DNA of 53,950 bases from a virus (lineage: Duplodnaviria; Caudoviricetes). Positions 37,374 through 46,362 of this stretch are shown piece by piece. The notes below the pieces were generated by a model. That model was not told the origin of the DNA. It did not search any database and saw only the letters and a list, made by a program, of their open reading frames with translations. Numbering within the stretch: position 1 is the stretch's first letter; every line of letters begins with the position of its first letter. The translations under genes were made by a program, and so were the position numbers. Where the stretch lies: IMG/VR virus record IMGVR_UViG_3300047586_000088, positions 1 to 53,950 of that record. The stretch is one strand, 5' to 3'.

Positions 37374-37638
37374 GGACAGCCTCCATCGCCATCTCCGCTG
37401 GTCGCTCCACGCCCACAGGCCACCCGACCATATCGTAGAAGGCGCACGCGAACTCATACCCGCCCCTCGCGTTAGCCGCGACGAGCTGGTACACTCGCTC
37501 GGCGTCGGCCTGGTTGTAGCGCTCGCTGATTGCCCAGGTGGCGAGCGCCCGGATCTGGTCCAGCGCCTCCTCTGGCTCGGCGGCCTCGGGCCACCAGTCG
37601 ATAGCCTCGACGATGCGTCTCACGATTCCGATCCTCAC
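37366..37638 (-). CDS. Hypothetical protein
   Basis: Overlapping start and stop in the operon. Confidence 0.65.
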   Translation of the reverse strand: MRIGIVRRIVEAIDWWPEAAEPEEALDQIRALATWAISERYNQADAERVYQLVAANARGGYEFACAFYDMVGWPVGVERPAEMAMEAVHV

Positions 37639-37718
37639 TTCCGCCGCGGCGCGGCATACCGAACCATCAGAACCAGCAGCCCGAAAAGCACCAGGTAGGC
37701 GACTACCTCTCGGACCAT
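37635..37718 (-). CDS. 27-aa single-TM peptide
   Basis: GGAGGGAG RBS; MVREVVAYLVLFGLLVLMVRYAAPRRK. Confidence 0.55.
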   Translation of the reverse strand: MVREVVAYLVLFGLLVLMVRYAAPRRK

Positions 37719-37746
37719 CTCTCCCTCCTCATCCGCCTAAGGCGGA

Positions 37747-37962
37747 TCAGCAGCCAGGCGAGCCCGACGCCCCCATCCTCTTGGCTCTCCTGAGATGCCC
37801 TCGCGCGCGCTCGATCACGATCTCGGGCGGGTCGCCGCGGACGTAGCGGAGCACCCGGACGCCCTTTGCCCGATCGGTCCCCCGAAGGCCCTCGGGCGTG
37901 GACTTCCACTCGACCTCCGGATAGCGATCCCGAGCGATCCGTAACAGCTCGTGGCCGTTCAC
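37747..37962 (-). CDS. Hypothetical protein
   Basis: GTGA overlap with the ASCH gene. Confidence 0.55.
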   Translation of the reverse strand: MNGHELLRIARDRYPEVEWKSTPEGLRGTDRAKGVRVLRYVRGDPPEIVIERARGHLRRAKRMGASGSPGC

Positions 37963-38486
37963 AGTTCCATCCCCTGATCACGGATCCGCTCGACGACATC
38001 ATCGGGCACCACCCAGAGCCCCCGTGCGCCGCTGCGGGGGATCGGCTTCGGCAGTCGCTGGACGTTTTCGAGGAGCCACGCCCATCGGCCTGGGCTGTAA
38101 TCGCCGAAAGCGAAGTCGGCTTGGGGGATCGCGTAGTAACCGCCCTGGTTCCAGCCGTAGGTTGCCAGCTTGGCGTTCAGGTGCGGACAGACGTTGCGGG
38201 TGGGCATGCAGTCGACGAGTTGAGCCACGGCGACGATCGCGCCGAGTGGCAGTTTCGAGTAGTCGGGGTAGAGTGGCGCGAGCGCCTCGCGCATCAACGG
38301 CCCGACCTGTGGATCGTAGTATGTAGCGCTCCCGGAGAACTCGAAGGTCTTGGTCGCGTGGATTGCCAGCAGTCCCCGATAGCCGATCTGCCAGGACCGA
38401 GTCTCAATGCGCTTGGCGCCCACAGCGATCAGGGATGCCCATGGTTGCCACAAACTGATGCCCTTGAGCAAGCAATCGCTTGACAA
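37959..38486 (-). CDS. ASCH domain protein
   Basis: ISLWQPWASLIAVGAKRIETRSW...RGLLAIHA...GARGLW. Confidence 0.92.
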   Translation of the reverse strand: MSSDCLLKGISLWQPWASLIAVGAKRIETRSWQIGYRGLLAIHATKTFEFSGSATYYDPQVGPLMREALAPLYPDYSKLPLGAIVAVAQLVDCMPTRNVCPHLNAKLATYGWNQGGYYAIPQADFAFGDYSPGRWAWLLENVQRLPKPIPRSGARGLWVVPDDVVERIRDQGMEL

Positions 38487-38508
38487 TCCAGCTGCCTCCG
38501 TCTACAAT
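38480..38508 (+). promoter_or_regulatory. Promoter of the LAGLIDADG gene
   Basis: TTGACA-17-TACAAT, near-consensus. Confidence 0.85.
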
Positions 38509-38549
38509 GCGTGTAGTAACGCTGTACCAAGCGCCGAGGATGTACGCCG

Positions 38550-39353
38550 ATGACCGCCGAGCTTGCTTACCTGACTGGGGTTCTCCAAGGTGATGGCTTC
38601 TGCTCCCAGTCTCTCGGACTTCGAGTGAAGGATCGTGACTTCGCCGAAGCATTCGCGGCTGCCGTTACCGCCGCCTTTGGCGTGTCGGCGAAACTTCATC
38701 TGGAAGACGGCCGGTACTGGAAGGTGCGCTCGGGCAACGGGACCGGCCGCTACAACTTCCTTCGGACCTACGAGCCCTCCGAGATCGAGTATGGTGACTG
38801 GCTCCGCGGCTACTTCGACAGCGAGGGAAACGCCCAGCTCCTCCGCCTGCCCCGCGTCTCTGAGAACGCCTACCATCGCCGAGTCGCCTTCTACTCGACC
38901 AATCAGACTACTCTTTGCCAGGCTCAGGGCTACCTTACCGCGCTGGGTATCACGGCCTCGATCGCCCGGCAGACGCTCAGCAGAGGCCACTACGGCAGTC
39001 GGCCTGTCTTCGAGCTCAAGCTGTCTTGCGGCCGGGCCAACTTCGCGCGCTTCGCCGAGGTCGTGGGCACAAGCATCGAGCGCAAGCGGATCGCTCTCGC
39101 AGCCATAGTCGGAACCTACCGCCCTGACGTGGCGGCGCACTGCCGAGCTGCCCAGCTCAAGGGCGCCGCCGCTAAGAACCGGAAGCGGGAAGAGGTGATG
39201 GTCCCCCAGGTCCTCCAGAGCATTCGCGACCTGGTCGCTCGGGGAGTCAAGCCGACAATGGCAAACTGTGCCACCATTCCTCACTACCAATCGATCCGAG
39301 GCACCTACTACCGGCACAGCGACCTGGTCAGGATGGCCAGCGGTCAGTCCTAG
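38550..39353 (+). CDS. Free-standing double-motif LAGLIDADG homing endonuclease, antisense to the operon
   Basis: LAYLTGVLQGDG and WLRGYFDSEG motifs. Confidence 0.92.
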   Translation: MTAELAYLTGVLQGDGFCSQSLGLRVKDRDFAEAFAAAVTAAFGVSAKLHLEDGRYWKVRSGNGTGRYNFLRTYEPSEIEYGDWLRGYFDSEGNAQLLRLPRVSENAYHRRVAFYSTNQTTLCQAQGYLTALGITASIARQTLSRGHYGSRPVFELKLSCGRANFARFAEVVGTSIERKRIALAAIVGTYRPDVAAHCRAAQLKGAAAKNRKREEVMVPQVLQSIRDLVARGVKPTMANCATIPHYQSIRGTYYRHSDLVRMASGQS

Positions 39354-39359
39354 CTCGCT

Positions 39360-39389
39360 CGGCTGCCACAGAGAAAGGCCTCGCAGCAC
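39360..39389 (-). pseudogene. Orphaned original ASCH N-terminus (VLRGLSLWQP)
   Basis: GTG CTG CGA GGC CTT TCT CTG TGG CAG CCG directly after the ParB stop; matches LLKGISLWQP at 38442-38471. Confidence 0.75.
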
Positions 39390-39397
39390 TCGACCGC

Positions 39398-40897
39398 TTA
39401 CAACTTCGGTATCCCGGCGGGCTCGCGGCCGGCCGCCGCCAGAATCTCGGGCGCCCATTCGGCCACCTTCCTCTCGGCCTCGGTCGGAGGCTCTCCCAGA
39501 TACCACTCGCCCGCTCTGAGGTTGACCCTGCCGCTGACGTAGTTGCCAGAGTCGAGCTCCTGATGGCACTCGCCCTGGACGAGTGCCTCGACGACCGCGA
39601 GCAGCAGGTCGCGCGGGTCCAGCTTGGCGTACTCTTCGAGGAGCTTCGTGTTCGTCGTGTAGGTCTCGGGCTTCTTCCACACGTTCTCCGGGATGCCTCT
39701 CGCCTTCAGCGCCGGCGCGATCGCCGAGGCATCGGCGCACGAGAGCGCGTAGCACGCCACGATCGCGGCCTCGCGCGGGCCGATCTCCGTGAGGGGCTTC
39801 GTCGCCGCGGCGAGCGCCTTCGCCATGGCCTGGATAGCCAGCTTCCGTGCCTTGTTCTCAGCCTTGGTCTGCGCCGTCTTCAGCCGCTTGAAGCACTTCG
39901 GGTCCATGCAGAGGGTCGCGGGCCGGCCGTGGAAGAGCACGTGGCTGTAGTTGGGACACGCGGTCAGTTTGCAGCCAGCGGGCGCTCCCCGACTGCTGAG
40001 GTCCTCGTAGGTGCCGTACTCGAGCCTGTCGACGACGGGGAGCGACTCGCCTGAGGCCGAAGTCGACCTCGACTCCGCGATCACCGCGGCGTGGCGCTCG
40101 GCTTCCTCCGCCGCCTTCAGATCGTCGAAGTGGGCGGGTTTCAGGCAGCGGCCCCAATAACCGTCGTGGCCCTGGTTGCTGTAGGCCTGGAAGGGACACT
40201 GCTTGCAGTGCGTCTGCCTGAAGGCATAGCGGCTGTCCACCGTGCGGATCAGCCCTTTCTGCTCCAGGATGTAGGAATACGGGATCTCTTCTGAGTCGAT
40301 TCCCTTCGACGTCAGGTTACTTCTGACCGCCTGCTCGGCGATCGCCGAGCACACCTCGGGGAACTTTGCGAACCGCGCGAGCGAGACCCCGTGCGCCGTC
40401 GAGAGCTCGCCCCGCCGGATCCGCTCCTGGACATCGGCGGGGAGATTCAGCAGCCGGAGCGTGTTGGCGACCAGTGGCTGACTCTTGCCGACGCGGCGCC
40501 CGATCTCCGCCTGCTTCACGCCGAGGTCGGCGAGCTTCTGGAAGGCAAGCGCGACCTCGATAGCGTCGAGGTCCTCGCGGACCAGGTTCTCGACGAGGCC
40601 GAGTTCTTGGGCGGTCCGATCGTCGACGTCGACCACGCGGACGGGCACGGTCGGGAGATTCGCCTGGTAGGCCGCCTTCAGGCGGCGCTCGCCGGCGATG
40701 AGTTGATAGCACGAGCCACCGAGCTTGCGGCGGACGACGAGCGGCTCGAGGATGCCGTGCTCGCGGATCGAGTTCGCGAGCTGGATCAGGGCCTCGAAGT
40801 CCCAGTTGGTGCGCGGGTTGAACCCGGCCACTTCGACGTCGTCGATCGGGACCTCGAGGAGCGTCGCGGTATTCGGCGCCGAATCGACGTCGATCAC
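39398..40897 (-). CDS. parB: ParB/Spo0J-like protein with Cys-rich C-terminus
   Basis: NPR, LANSIREHGILEPLVVR, IAGERRLKA, LVENLVREDL, HTH. Confidence 0.9.
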   Translation of the reverse strand: MIDVDSAPNTATLLEVPIDDVEVAGFNPRTNWDFEALIQLANSIREHGILEPLVVRRKLGGSCYQLIAGERRLKAAYQANLPTVPVRVVDVDDRTAQELGLVENLVREDLDAIEVALAFQKLADLGVKQAEIGRRVGKSQPLVANTLRLLNLPADVQERIRRGELSTAHGVSLARFAKFPEVCSAIAEQAVRSNLTSKGIDSEEIPYSYILEQKGLIRTVDSRYAFRQTHCKQCPFQAYSNQGHDGYWGRCLKPAHFDDLKAAEEAERHAAVIAESRSTSASGESLPVVDRLEYGTYEDLSSRGAPAGCKLTACPNYSHVLFHGRPATLCMDPKCFKRLKTAQTKAENKARKLAIQAMAKALAAATKPLTEIGPREAAIVACYALSCADASAIAPALKARGIPENVWKKPETYTTNTKLLEEYAKLDPRDLLLAVVEALVQGECHQELDSGNYVSGRVNLRAGEWYLGEPPTEAERKVAEWAPEILAAAGREPAGIPKL

Positions 40898-41547
40898 GCT
40901 GTCACCTCCGAGGCCTCGACGACCACGCTGCCCTGGCCGTTCGGATGCTCGCGGTGCCAGCGACGCATCGCGGCATGTCGGCAGTCGTCGGAGCAGTAGA
41001 AGTGCTTGACCCGGAGCGGCTGGAACGTCGTCCCACAGACCTTGCAAGCACGCTCGGGGAGCGTCGCCGCCGCTCGGACCTTCACCCGCTGGCTGAACGG
41101 CTTCGGCTCGCCCGTCGGGGTCAGCAGAGAGAGCTCGTGGTCGAGCTGCGCCCGCGCGTCGCCCATCTGCTGCTTTGCCGTCGCGACCGTGCCCTCGAGA
41201 GCAGTGGCCCTCTCTTGGGCCTCTCGGATCCTCGCGTCGGCGTCGCGGAGCTTCTCGCTCGCCTCCAGGTAGCGGGTCGTCGTGGCGTGGTACGTCTCGA
41301 GCGCCTTCGCCGCCGAACTATCGGGCTTGGGCGTAGCTATGGGTCGCGTAGCTCTCAGATCGCCGTTGACTGACGTCTTGGTGTCGTTCACCTTTCCCTC
41401 CTCTATGACAGGACTAGTCTTATGCGGTGCCGGCTGCACTCGCCTGCACTGAAAGCAGATGGCAACGTATCGCCGGAGGTCGTCGTCCCATTCGAGGACG
41501 GTGTTGTGGCCGCAGTGGTAGCAGGCACCGACGATCGCCGCGACCAT
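40894..41547 (-). CDS. Zinc-finger/coiled-coil hypothetical protein
   Basis: CYHC...CFQC; CKVC...YCSDDC. Confidence 0.7.
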   Translation of the reverse strand: MVAAIVGACYHCGHNTVLEWDDDLRRYVAICFQCRRVQPAPHKTSPVIEEGKVNDTKTSVNGDLRATRPIATPKPDSSAAKALETYHATTTRYLEASEKLRDADARIREAQERATALEGTVATAKQQMGDARAQLDHELSLLTPTGEPKPFSQRVKVRAAATLPERACKVCGTTFQPLRVKHFYCSDDCRHAAMRRWHREHPNGQGSVVVEASEVTA

Positions 41548-41548
41548 G

Positions 41549-41743
41549 TCAGACTCCCGCCCGCTTACATGCCAGGTGATGCGCCTCGGCCTTGACCGTC
41601 AGCTTGCCGCCTTGCTCGGCGGTGAGATACACGATCTTGTACCGCTGCCCCTCGGTGATCTGCTTCTGGCAGACGCTGCACGTCAGCGGCGAGCGCCCCG
41701 GGCGGCGGGTGTAGACGACGTCGCTGACAGGCAGTTCGGTCAT
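41549..41743 (-). CDS. Small zinc-binding protein
   Basis: CSVC...HLAC. Confidence 0.65.
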   Translation of the reverse strand: MTELPVSDVVYTRRPGRSPLTCSVCQKQITEGQRYKIVYLTAEQGGKLTVKAEAHHLACKRAGV

Positions 41744-41952
41744 GCCGTTGCCTCCCAGATCGGTCGGCAGTCATCCCACCGATGGCCTTCGACCGAGTAG
41801 CGGTGGTGCTCAAGCCCAATGCACTCGGCAAACACGTGGACGCCGACGTGGCCGTCGCCGTACTCGTCAGGCTCCTCGCCAAAGGCGAGTGGCTTGCCGC
41901 ACTCGGGACAGTGGCCGTCGTCGAGGATGTCCTGCGCTTCTTCATCCGTCAC
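41740..41952 (-). CDS. Small zinc-ribbon acidic protein
   Basis: CPEC; overlapping start and stop. Confidence 0.65.
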   Translation of the reverse strand: MTDEEAQDILDDGHCPECGKPLAFGEEPDEYGDGHVGVHVFAECIGLEHHRYSVEGHRWDDCRPIWEATA

Positions 41953-42218
41953 GCCTCTACCTCCTCTCGCGCCACCGCCCTGAGCGGCGCGGAGTAGATT
42001 CGAAAGTCCGCTGGCGTCGGGGCAAGCTCGCCTGGGAGCCCGACGATTCGTCGGAGCACTCGGTCCGCCGTTGCTCCGAGCAATCTGGAGTTAGCTGGCT
42101 CCGTCGTGCGCTTCGCCACCCGCCAGCCGAACAGCACGGCGGGCACCTCCCACCATGCGCCCCGTCCGTCGAACGCCACCAGGTGCTCGCCGCTCAGCCT
42201 CAGTCGGAGCATGCTCAT
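41949..42218 (-). CDS. Hypothetical protein
   Basis: ATGA overlap. Confidence 0.6.
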   Translation of the reverse strand: MSMLRLRLSGEHLVAFDGRGAWWEVPAVLFGWRVAKRTTEPANSRLLGATADRVLRRIVGLPGELAPTPADFRIYSAPLRAVAREEVEA

Positions 42219-42433
42219 GCCCTCACCGTCCTGGCCTTCGTCCGTGCCTCGCGCATCCTCGAGCGCCGCTTCCTCGCGTCGGCGATCTTCTGGGCATCGG
42301 GCTTGTCGTGCTGCTCGTGACGAGCCGCCCAGAAGATCCGCTTCGCCTCTTGCTTCCCGGCCTGTCGAGCGCGTCCCTGGCGCGACACGTTGATTCCCTG
42401 GCGCCGGAGTGCCTCGTAGGTTTCTCGATTCAC
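42215..42433 (-). CDS. Small basic hypothetical protein
   Basis: GTGA overlap. Confidence 0.6.
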   Translation of the reverse strand: MNRETYEALRRQGINVSRQGRARQAGKQEAKRIFWAARHEQHDKPDAQKIADARKRRSRMREARTKARTVRA

Positions 42434-42603
42434 TTCGCCGCCTCTTCGCGCTCCATCTGCTCGACTCTCTCGGCCAGAGCTCGATACTCGGCCGTGGTCT
42501 CGAGTAGCTTGTCGATCGCCTCGACCACTTCCCGGGGCACCTTGACCAGATACGCCTTGCCCTTGAGTACTTGCTTCCAGGCGAAGTACTGGATGATGTC
42601 CAT
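42430..42603 (-). CDS. Hypothetical protein
   Basis: GGAGGGAGAGAGG RBS; MDIIQYFAW. Confidence 0.6.
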   Translation of the reverse strand: MDIIQYFAWKQVLKGKAYLVKVPREVVEAIDKLLETTAEYRALAERVEQMEREEAAK

Positions 42604-42616
42604 GCCTCTCTCCCTC

Positions 42617-43195
42617 CTAGATATCTCGCCAGACCTTTCGGCGAAGGATCCTCCAGACCCCAGCTTGACTAAGGCCAAACCTCTTGGCGAGGGCCTTCTG
42701 AGTCACCCCGGGCATGTGAGCCTGGGCACGCATCTCCCTAACCTGATCTACCGTCACCTTATGCCCGGGGTGAGCCTCTCCCCTGGGTAATCGTTCTGGA
42801 TGAGTACGCGAGCCGTTTGCATCCCCCTTGCAGCGACTCTCGGGATGCGTGTATGCCCCGGACCGCGTTCCATATGGCCAGTTAGCCCGCCCCTTAGCGA
42901 TCTTGTCGCGCATGTTGTCCAGATCGGTTCCAAGGGACAGATGAGCGGGGTTACAGCAAGGCGGGTTGTCGCACGAGTGCAGTACGCGAAGCCCCTCCGG
43001 GATAGGGCCGACGGCGACTTCGTAGGCAAAGCGGTGCGCCGGCACGCGGCGGCCAGCAAGCGCGAACCGCCCATAGTCGTCGGAGCCTGTTGCTGTTTGC
43101 GGCATCCGGACCCCGAGCCATGGCCAGCAGGCGTTCGGCCCTCCGGACTTGTCCACCTTGGGCCAGAAGTCGGCGGGTGTGTGCTTGCGTGTCAT
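42617..43195 (-). CDS. HNH homing endonuclease with C-terminal HTH
   Basis: FWPKVDK...CWPW...AHRFAY...HSCDNPPCCNPAHLSLGT..DN. Confidence 0.92.
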   Translation of the reverse strand: MTRKHTPADFWPKVDKSGGPNACWPWLGVRMPQTATGSDDYGRFALAGRRVPAHRFAYEVAVGPIPEGLRVLHSCDNPPCCNPAHLSLGTDLDNMRDKIAKGRANWPYGTRSGAYTHPESRCKGDANGSRTHPERLPRGEAHPGHKVTVDQVREMRAQAHMPGVTQKALAKRFGLSQAGVWRILRRKVWRDI

Positions 43196-43593
43196 CGATC
43201 GTTCCCCGTGCGGATTAGTCGAAACTCGACTTCGCGGTGTTTGTAGAGGAAGAGACGGATTCGCAGCGCTGCGGCCGTGTCCATGAATCCCTTGATTTCC
43301 TCGACGATTACTTTGCCGCTATCTCTCTCGACATACAGGAAGTCTCCGTGGTAGCGAATCGCCGACTGCCGGCGGCCCTTGTTGTCGACGAAGGCGGGCT
43401 GAAGCTCGAAGGCGGGTTGGAGCCGGAGGTCCGTGATCGCTCCCGTCCGCTCGAGGATCACGAGCTCGGCGAAGCGCCTGGCCTCGGCCTTGCTCGCGAA
43501 GCGGACGCCGTCGACGACCTGGGGCTCGGCGCCGTACTTGTTGCCGCCGGCCCGGGTCCTCAACTCGGCGAGGTCCGTCAGCCCAACGGCCAT
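43192..43593 (-). CDS. DUF1064-family PD-(D/E)xK nuclease
   Basis: NKYGA...DGVRFASKAEARR...LQPAFEL...YHGDF...EEIKG. Confidence 0.88.
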   Translation of the reverse strand: MAVGLTDLAELRTRAGGNKYGAEPQVVDGVRFASKAEARRFAELVILERTGAITDLRLQPAFELQPAFVDNKGRRQSAIRYHGDFLYVERDSGKVIVEEIKGFMDTAAALRIRLFLYKHREVEFRLIRTGNDR

Positions 43594-43778
43594 CAGCGCG
43601 CCACCTCCGCCAGCCCGGGCAGCGGGGTCGCCCCGAGCCTTCGGAGCACCAGGTCGACGGGGAGCCGCTCCTTCCGCTTGCAGCCGGGGCGAGTGCAAAT
43701 CAGGTACTCACCCCACCCGTTCGCCCGGATCTCCAGGATCGCGCCGCAAGCTGGGCACCCCTTCGTGATGTTGCTCAT
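43593..43778 (-). CDS. Topoisomerase C4 zinc-finger-like small protein
   Basis: CPACG...YLICTRPGC. Confidence 0.65.
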   Translation of the reverse strand: MSNITKGCPACGAILEIRANGWGEYLICTRPGCKRKERLPVDLVLRRLGATPLPGLAEVAR

Positions 43779-44365
43779 GCGCTCACCTTCTCCCGCCAGG
43801 TCATACCCTGGACGACGAACTGGATAGCGCGCTTCGAGACACCGTAGAGGCCGGCCAGGGCCATCAGGGTCTCGCCTTCTCGCCGACGCTCCCGGATCTC
43901 GCGGACCTTCGCCCAGGTCAGCTTCGCCCAGCCGTTCAGCTCACCACGCCTGCGCTGCTCGGGGTGCGTGTAGGCGCCGTTCAGTTCGCCCCAGGCGGCT
44001 TTTTCCGGATGGAGGTGCGGCCAAGCCTGATCGCCTCTCGGCAGGCGCCCCTTGGCGATGCAGTCCCGCATGTTGTCCAGGCCAGTGCCAAGGAAAAGGT
44101 GAGCAGGGTTGACGCAGCGACGGTAGGAGATATCGCCCACTGAGTAGCTCGCGTCACAGTTGTGGCAGACCATCATGCCCTCTGGGATCGGGCCAACGAA
44201 CAGCTCATAGGCAAGGCGATGCGCCAGCACCCCACCGCCTGGCCCTTTGTGCAGGTGCATCCGGCAGTAGCCGTTGGGGTAGGGCTTGCCGCGCCAGAGC
44301 CAACAGGAATCGGTCTTGTCGACGCGAGCCAGGAATCGCTCGGTCAGGGTTAGATCTCGGGACAT
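43775..44365 (-). CDS. HNH homing endonuclease with C-terminal HTH
   Basis: RFLARVDKTDSCWLW...AHRLAY...CHNCD...CVNPAHLFLGT..DN. Confidence 0.92.
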   Translation of the reverse strand: MSRDLTLTERFLARVDKTDSCWLWRGKPYPNGYCRMHLHKGPGGGVLAHRLAYELFVGPIPEGMMVCHNCDASYSVGDISYRRCVNPAHLFLGTGLDNMRDCIAKGRLPRGDQAWPHLHPEKAAWGELNGAYTHPEQRRRGELNGWAKLTWAKVREIRERRREGETLMALAGLYGVSKRAIQFVVQGMTWREKVSA

Positions 44366-44401
44366 AGCAGAAACCCCCGCATCGAATCCGTTGCCAGCAC
44401 C

Positions 44402-44533
44402 GCCTACCACAGCAGAGCGGGATACGGAACGACGCGAAGGTTCTGCACACTCCCCAAAGGGAGCGTCCATAGGGCGCGTGTGCTGGCATTCTGCCCTAGA
44501 AATGCAGAATCCCGCTAGACTGCCGTGGTAGGC
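44402..44533 (-). ncRNA. Predicted multibranch structured RNA leader upstream of the HNH gene
   Basis: GCCTACCACGGCAG..AGCGGGAT pairs with ATCCCGCT.CTGCTGTGGTAGGC; internal hairpins; starts just after a promoter. Confidence 0.55.
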
Positions 44534-44539
44534 ACCCTT

Positions 44540-44568
44540 AGAGTAGCACTCTGACAGGCGGGTGTCAA
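44540..44568 (-). promoter_or_regulatory. Internal promoter for the RNA/HNH cassette
   Basis: TTGACA-17-TACTCT with an extended TG. Confidence 0.75.
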
Positions 44569-46362
44569 TCATCTCAGCACCATCTGGGCGATGTGGTGTG
44601 TCGTGACTTGAGCTGCCTGCCCCTTGGTCATGCCGTCCCGCCAGATGCCCCAGCGGGCGAGGAGCCTTCGCTGCTTGTCGGTCGCCGGCTCGCGCCGCCA
44701 GCCGCGCTTGCGTTGTGCCAGCACGCCGTCCGCGTGCTCGTCCGCCCACTCCTCGGCGACCTCGGAGGCCTGCTCCCAGGTCGGAGCGAGGCCAAGCAGC
44801 GCTCCCTCGTGCTCCTCGACGACGTAGACTCGGAAGCTCCTCACTTCCTGGTAGGTCCGCTCCCAGCGGGGCTCCCAGCGGCCCGAGGCCCGCAGCGCGT
44901 CCGCCTTCGCGACACGCTCCGCGTCGGGGAGTCGGACCGCGAGGATATGGCGCTCGCCCGCCGAGGCCGAGGCGAGCTTGCCGTCGAACGTCCAGGCGAG
45001 CCGGTGATTCGAGAGGTAGTCGAGGACCGCGAGCTGGACCGCGTCCGGGTCGGCGTCGATCCCTGAGCCGTCGGAGCGGATCCCGAAGGAGTCCAGCACC
45101 ACGCCGGCGGCCTTCGCCCGCTCCTCCGCCTTGCGCTGCTTCCGCGGCTTGCCGAGGAGGTCGCCGGCCATCCGGAGGTCCCGGGCGTCCTCGGGGACCA
45201 TGTCCATCAGCAGCAGCTCGGTCTTCCCGGGGTAGAGCCGGAGGCCTCGGCCGGCCATCTGCACGTAGACCAGATCGCTCTTGGTAGGCTTGATCTGGAG
45301 GATGCAGGAGGCCATCGGGAGGTCGAGGCCCTCGGTCCAGAGCTGGGCGTTGGCGATGATCCTGGTCCGACCTTCCCGGAAGCGCTGGAGGATCCCCCGC
45401 CGGTCGTCTCTGTCGGTCTCGCCGTCGGCCGCCTCGGCCGCCACTCCTGCCCGGCGGAAGGCCTCGGCGAGCGAGTAAGCCTGGGCGACGCTCGCCGTGA
45501 AGGCGATGGTCGGCCGGCTCTCGGCGTGCTTCTTCCAGGTCTCGACGATCACCGTCTCGGCGTTGTCGGCTGACAGCACTCGGCCGGCCGACTCGTCCTC
45601 CCAACCGTTCTCGCCGGTCTCGGGGACGCCGGCGAAGCTGACCGGGAGCTGGACGGCAACCGCGACGAACGGGCAGAGCGCTCCAGCCCTGATCGCGTCG
45701 CGGATCGAGATCCGGTAGGCGACCGACTTGAATACCCGCGAGAGCCCGTCGCCGTCGGTCCGCTTGGGCGTCGCCGTGATGCCGAGGAGCCGGAGATCCG
45801 GGTTGTGCGCGCGAAGGCGCTTCGCCAGGTCGAGGTTCGTCCTCGCCGGAAGGTGATGGACTTCGTCCCAGATGACGTGGCTGATCCGGCCGTGGGCGAA
45901 GATCCGGGCGAGCCTGGCCGGGTTGGCGAGCGTCTGGACGGTGGCGGCGATGATCCGAGCGTCGGAGTCGTCGCGACTCGCCTGGACGATCCCGGCGGGC
46001 GCGAGGTCCGGCCAGCTCCGCTCGATCCTCTCGACCGGTTGATCGACGAGCTCAGTTCTGTGTGCCAGCCAGAGGCAGCGCTCCAGCCTTCCGGCCTCGT
46101 GCTCGGCCTGGAGCACGCCGAAGCCGAGCTCCGACTTGCCTGTGCCGGTCGCGGCAGCGACTAGAGTGGCCAGATGTCCGGCCGCCCATTCTCGAAGCAC
46201 CGCGTCTCTGGCCTCGCGCTGGTAGGGGCGGAGAGTGATCCGAGGTTCTGCCGGGTGGTCTTCATGCAGGGCGAAGAGGTTGCCGGATCCGGCTAAGGGT
46301 TGGTTAGCCGGCCCGTTGAGGGGTTGTTCCCGGTCGTGTACATGATTAATCATGATGGTCAC
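44569..46362 (-). CDS. SF2 DEAD/DEAH (ResIII-like) helicase
   Basis: LRPYQ, ATGTGKS, DEVHH, TATP, TEGLDLP, QMAGRGLR. Confidence 0.93.
   Translation of the reverse strand: MTIMINHVHDREQPLNGPANQPLAGSGNLFALHEDHPAEPRITLRPYQREARDAVLREWAAGHLATLVAAATGTGKSELGFGVLQAEHEAGRLERCLWLAHRTELVDQPVERIERSWPDLAPAGIVQASRDDSDARIIAATVQTLANPARLARIFAHGRISHVIWDEVHHLPARTNLDLAKRLRAHNPDLRLLGITATPKRTDGDGLSRVFKSVAYRISIRDAIRAGALCPFVAVAVQLPVSFAGVPETGENGWEDESAGRVLSADNAETVIVETWKKHAESRPTIAFTASVAQAYSLAEAFRRAGVAAEAADGETDRDDRRGILQRFREGRTRIIANAQLWTEGLDLPMASCILQIKPTKSDLVYVQMAGRGLRLYPGKTELLLMDMVPEDARDLRMAGDLLGKPRKQRKAEERAKAAGVVLDSFGIRSDGSGIDADPDAVQLAVLDYLSNHRLAWTFDGKLASASAGERHILAVRLPDAERVAKADALRASGRWEPRWERTYQEVRSFRVYVVEEHEGALLGLAPTWEQASEVAEEWADEHADGVLAQRKRGWRREPATDKQRRLLARWGIWRDGMTKGQAAQVTTHHIAQMVLR

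Noticed and set aside
38487-39359. Group I intron or intein around the LAGLIDADG gene
   Set aside because: The ORF is antisense with its own promoter, there are no intein Cys/His-Asn ends, almost no non-coding space for an intron core, and the ASCH start is duplicated.
43775-45604. 609-aa ORF as annotated in the track
   Set aside because: The upstream part overlaps the helicase in another frame; only the HNH from ATG 44365 is credible.
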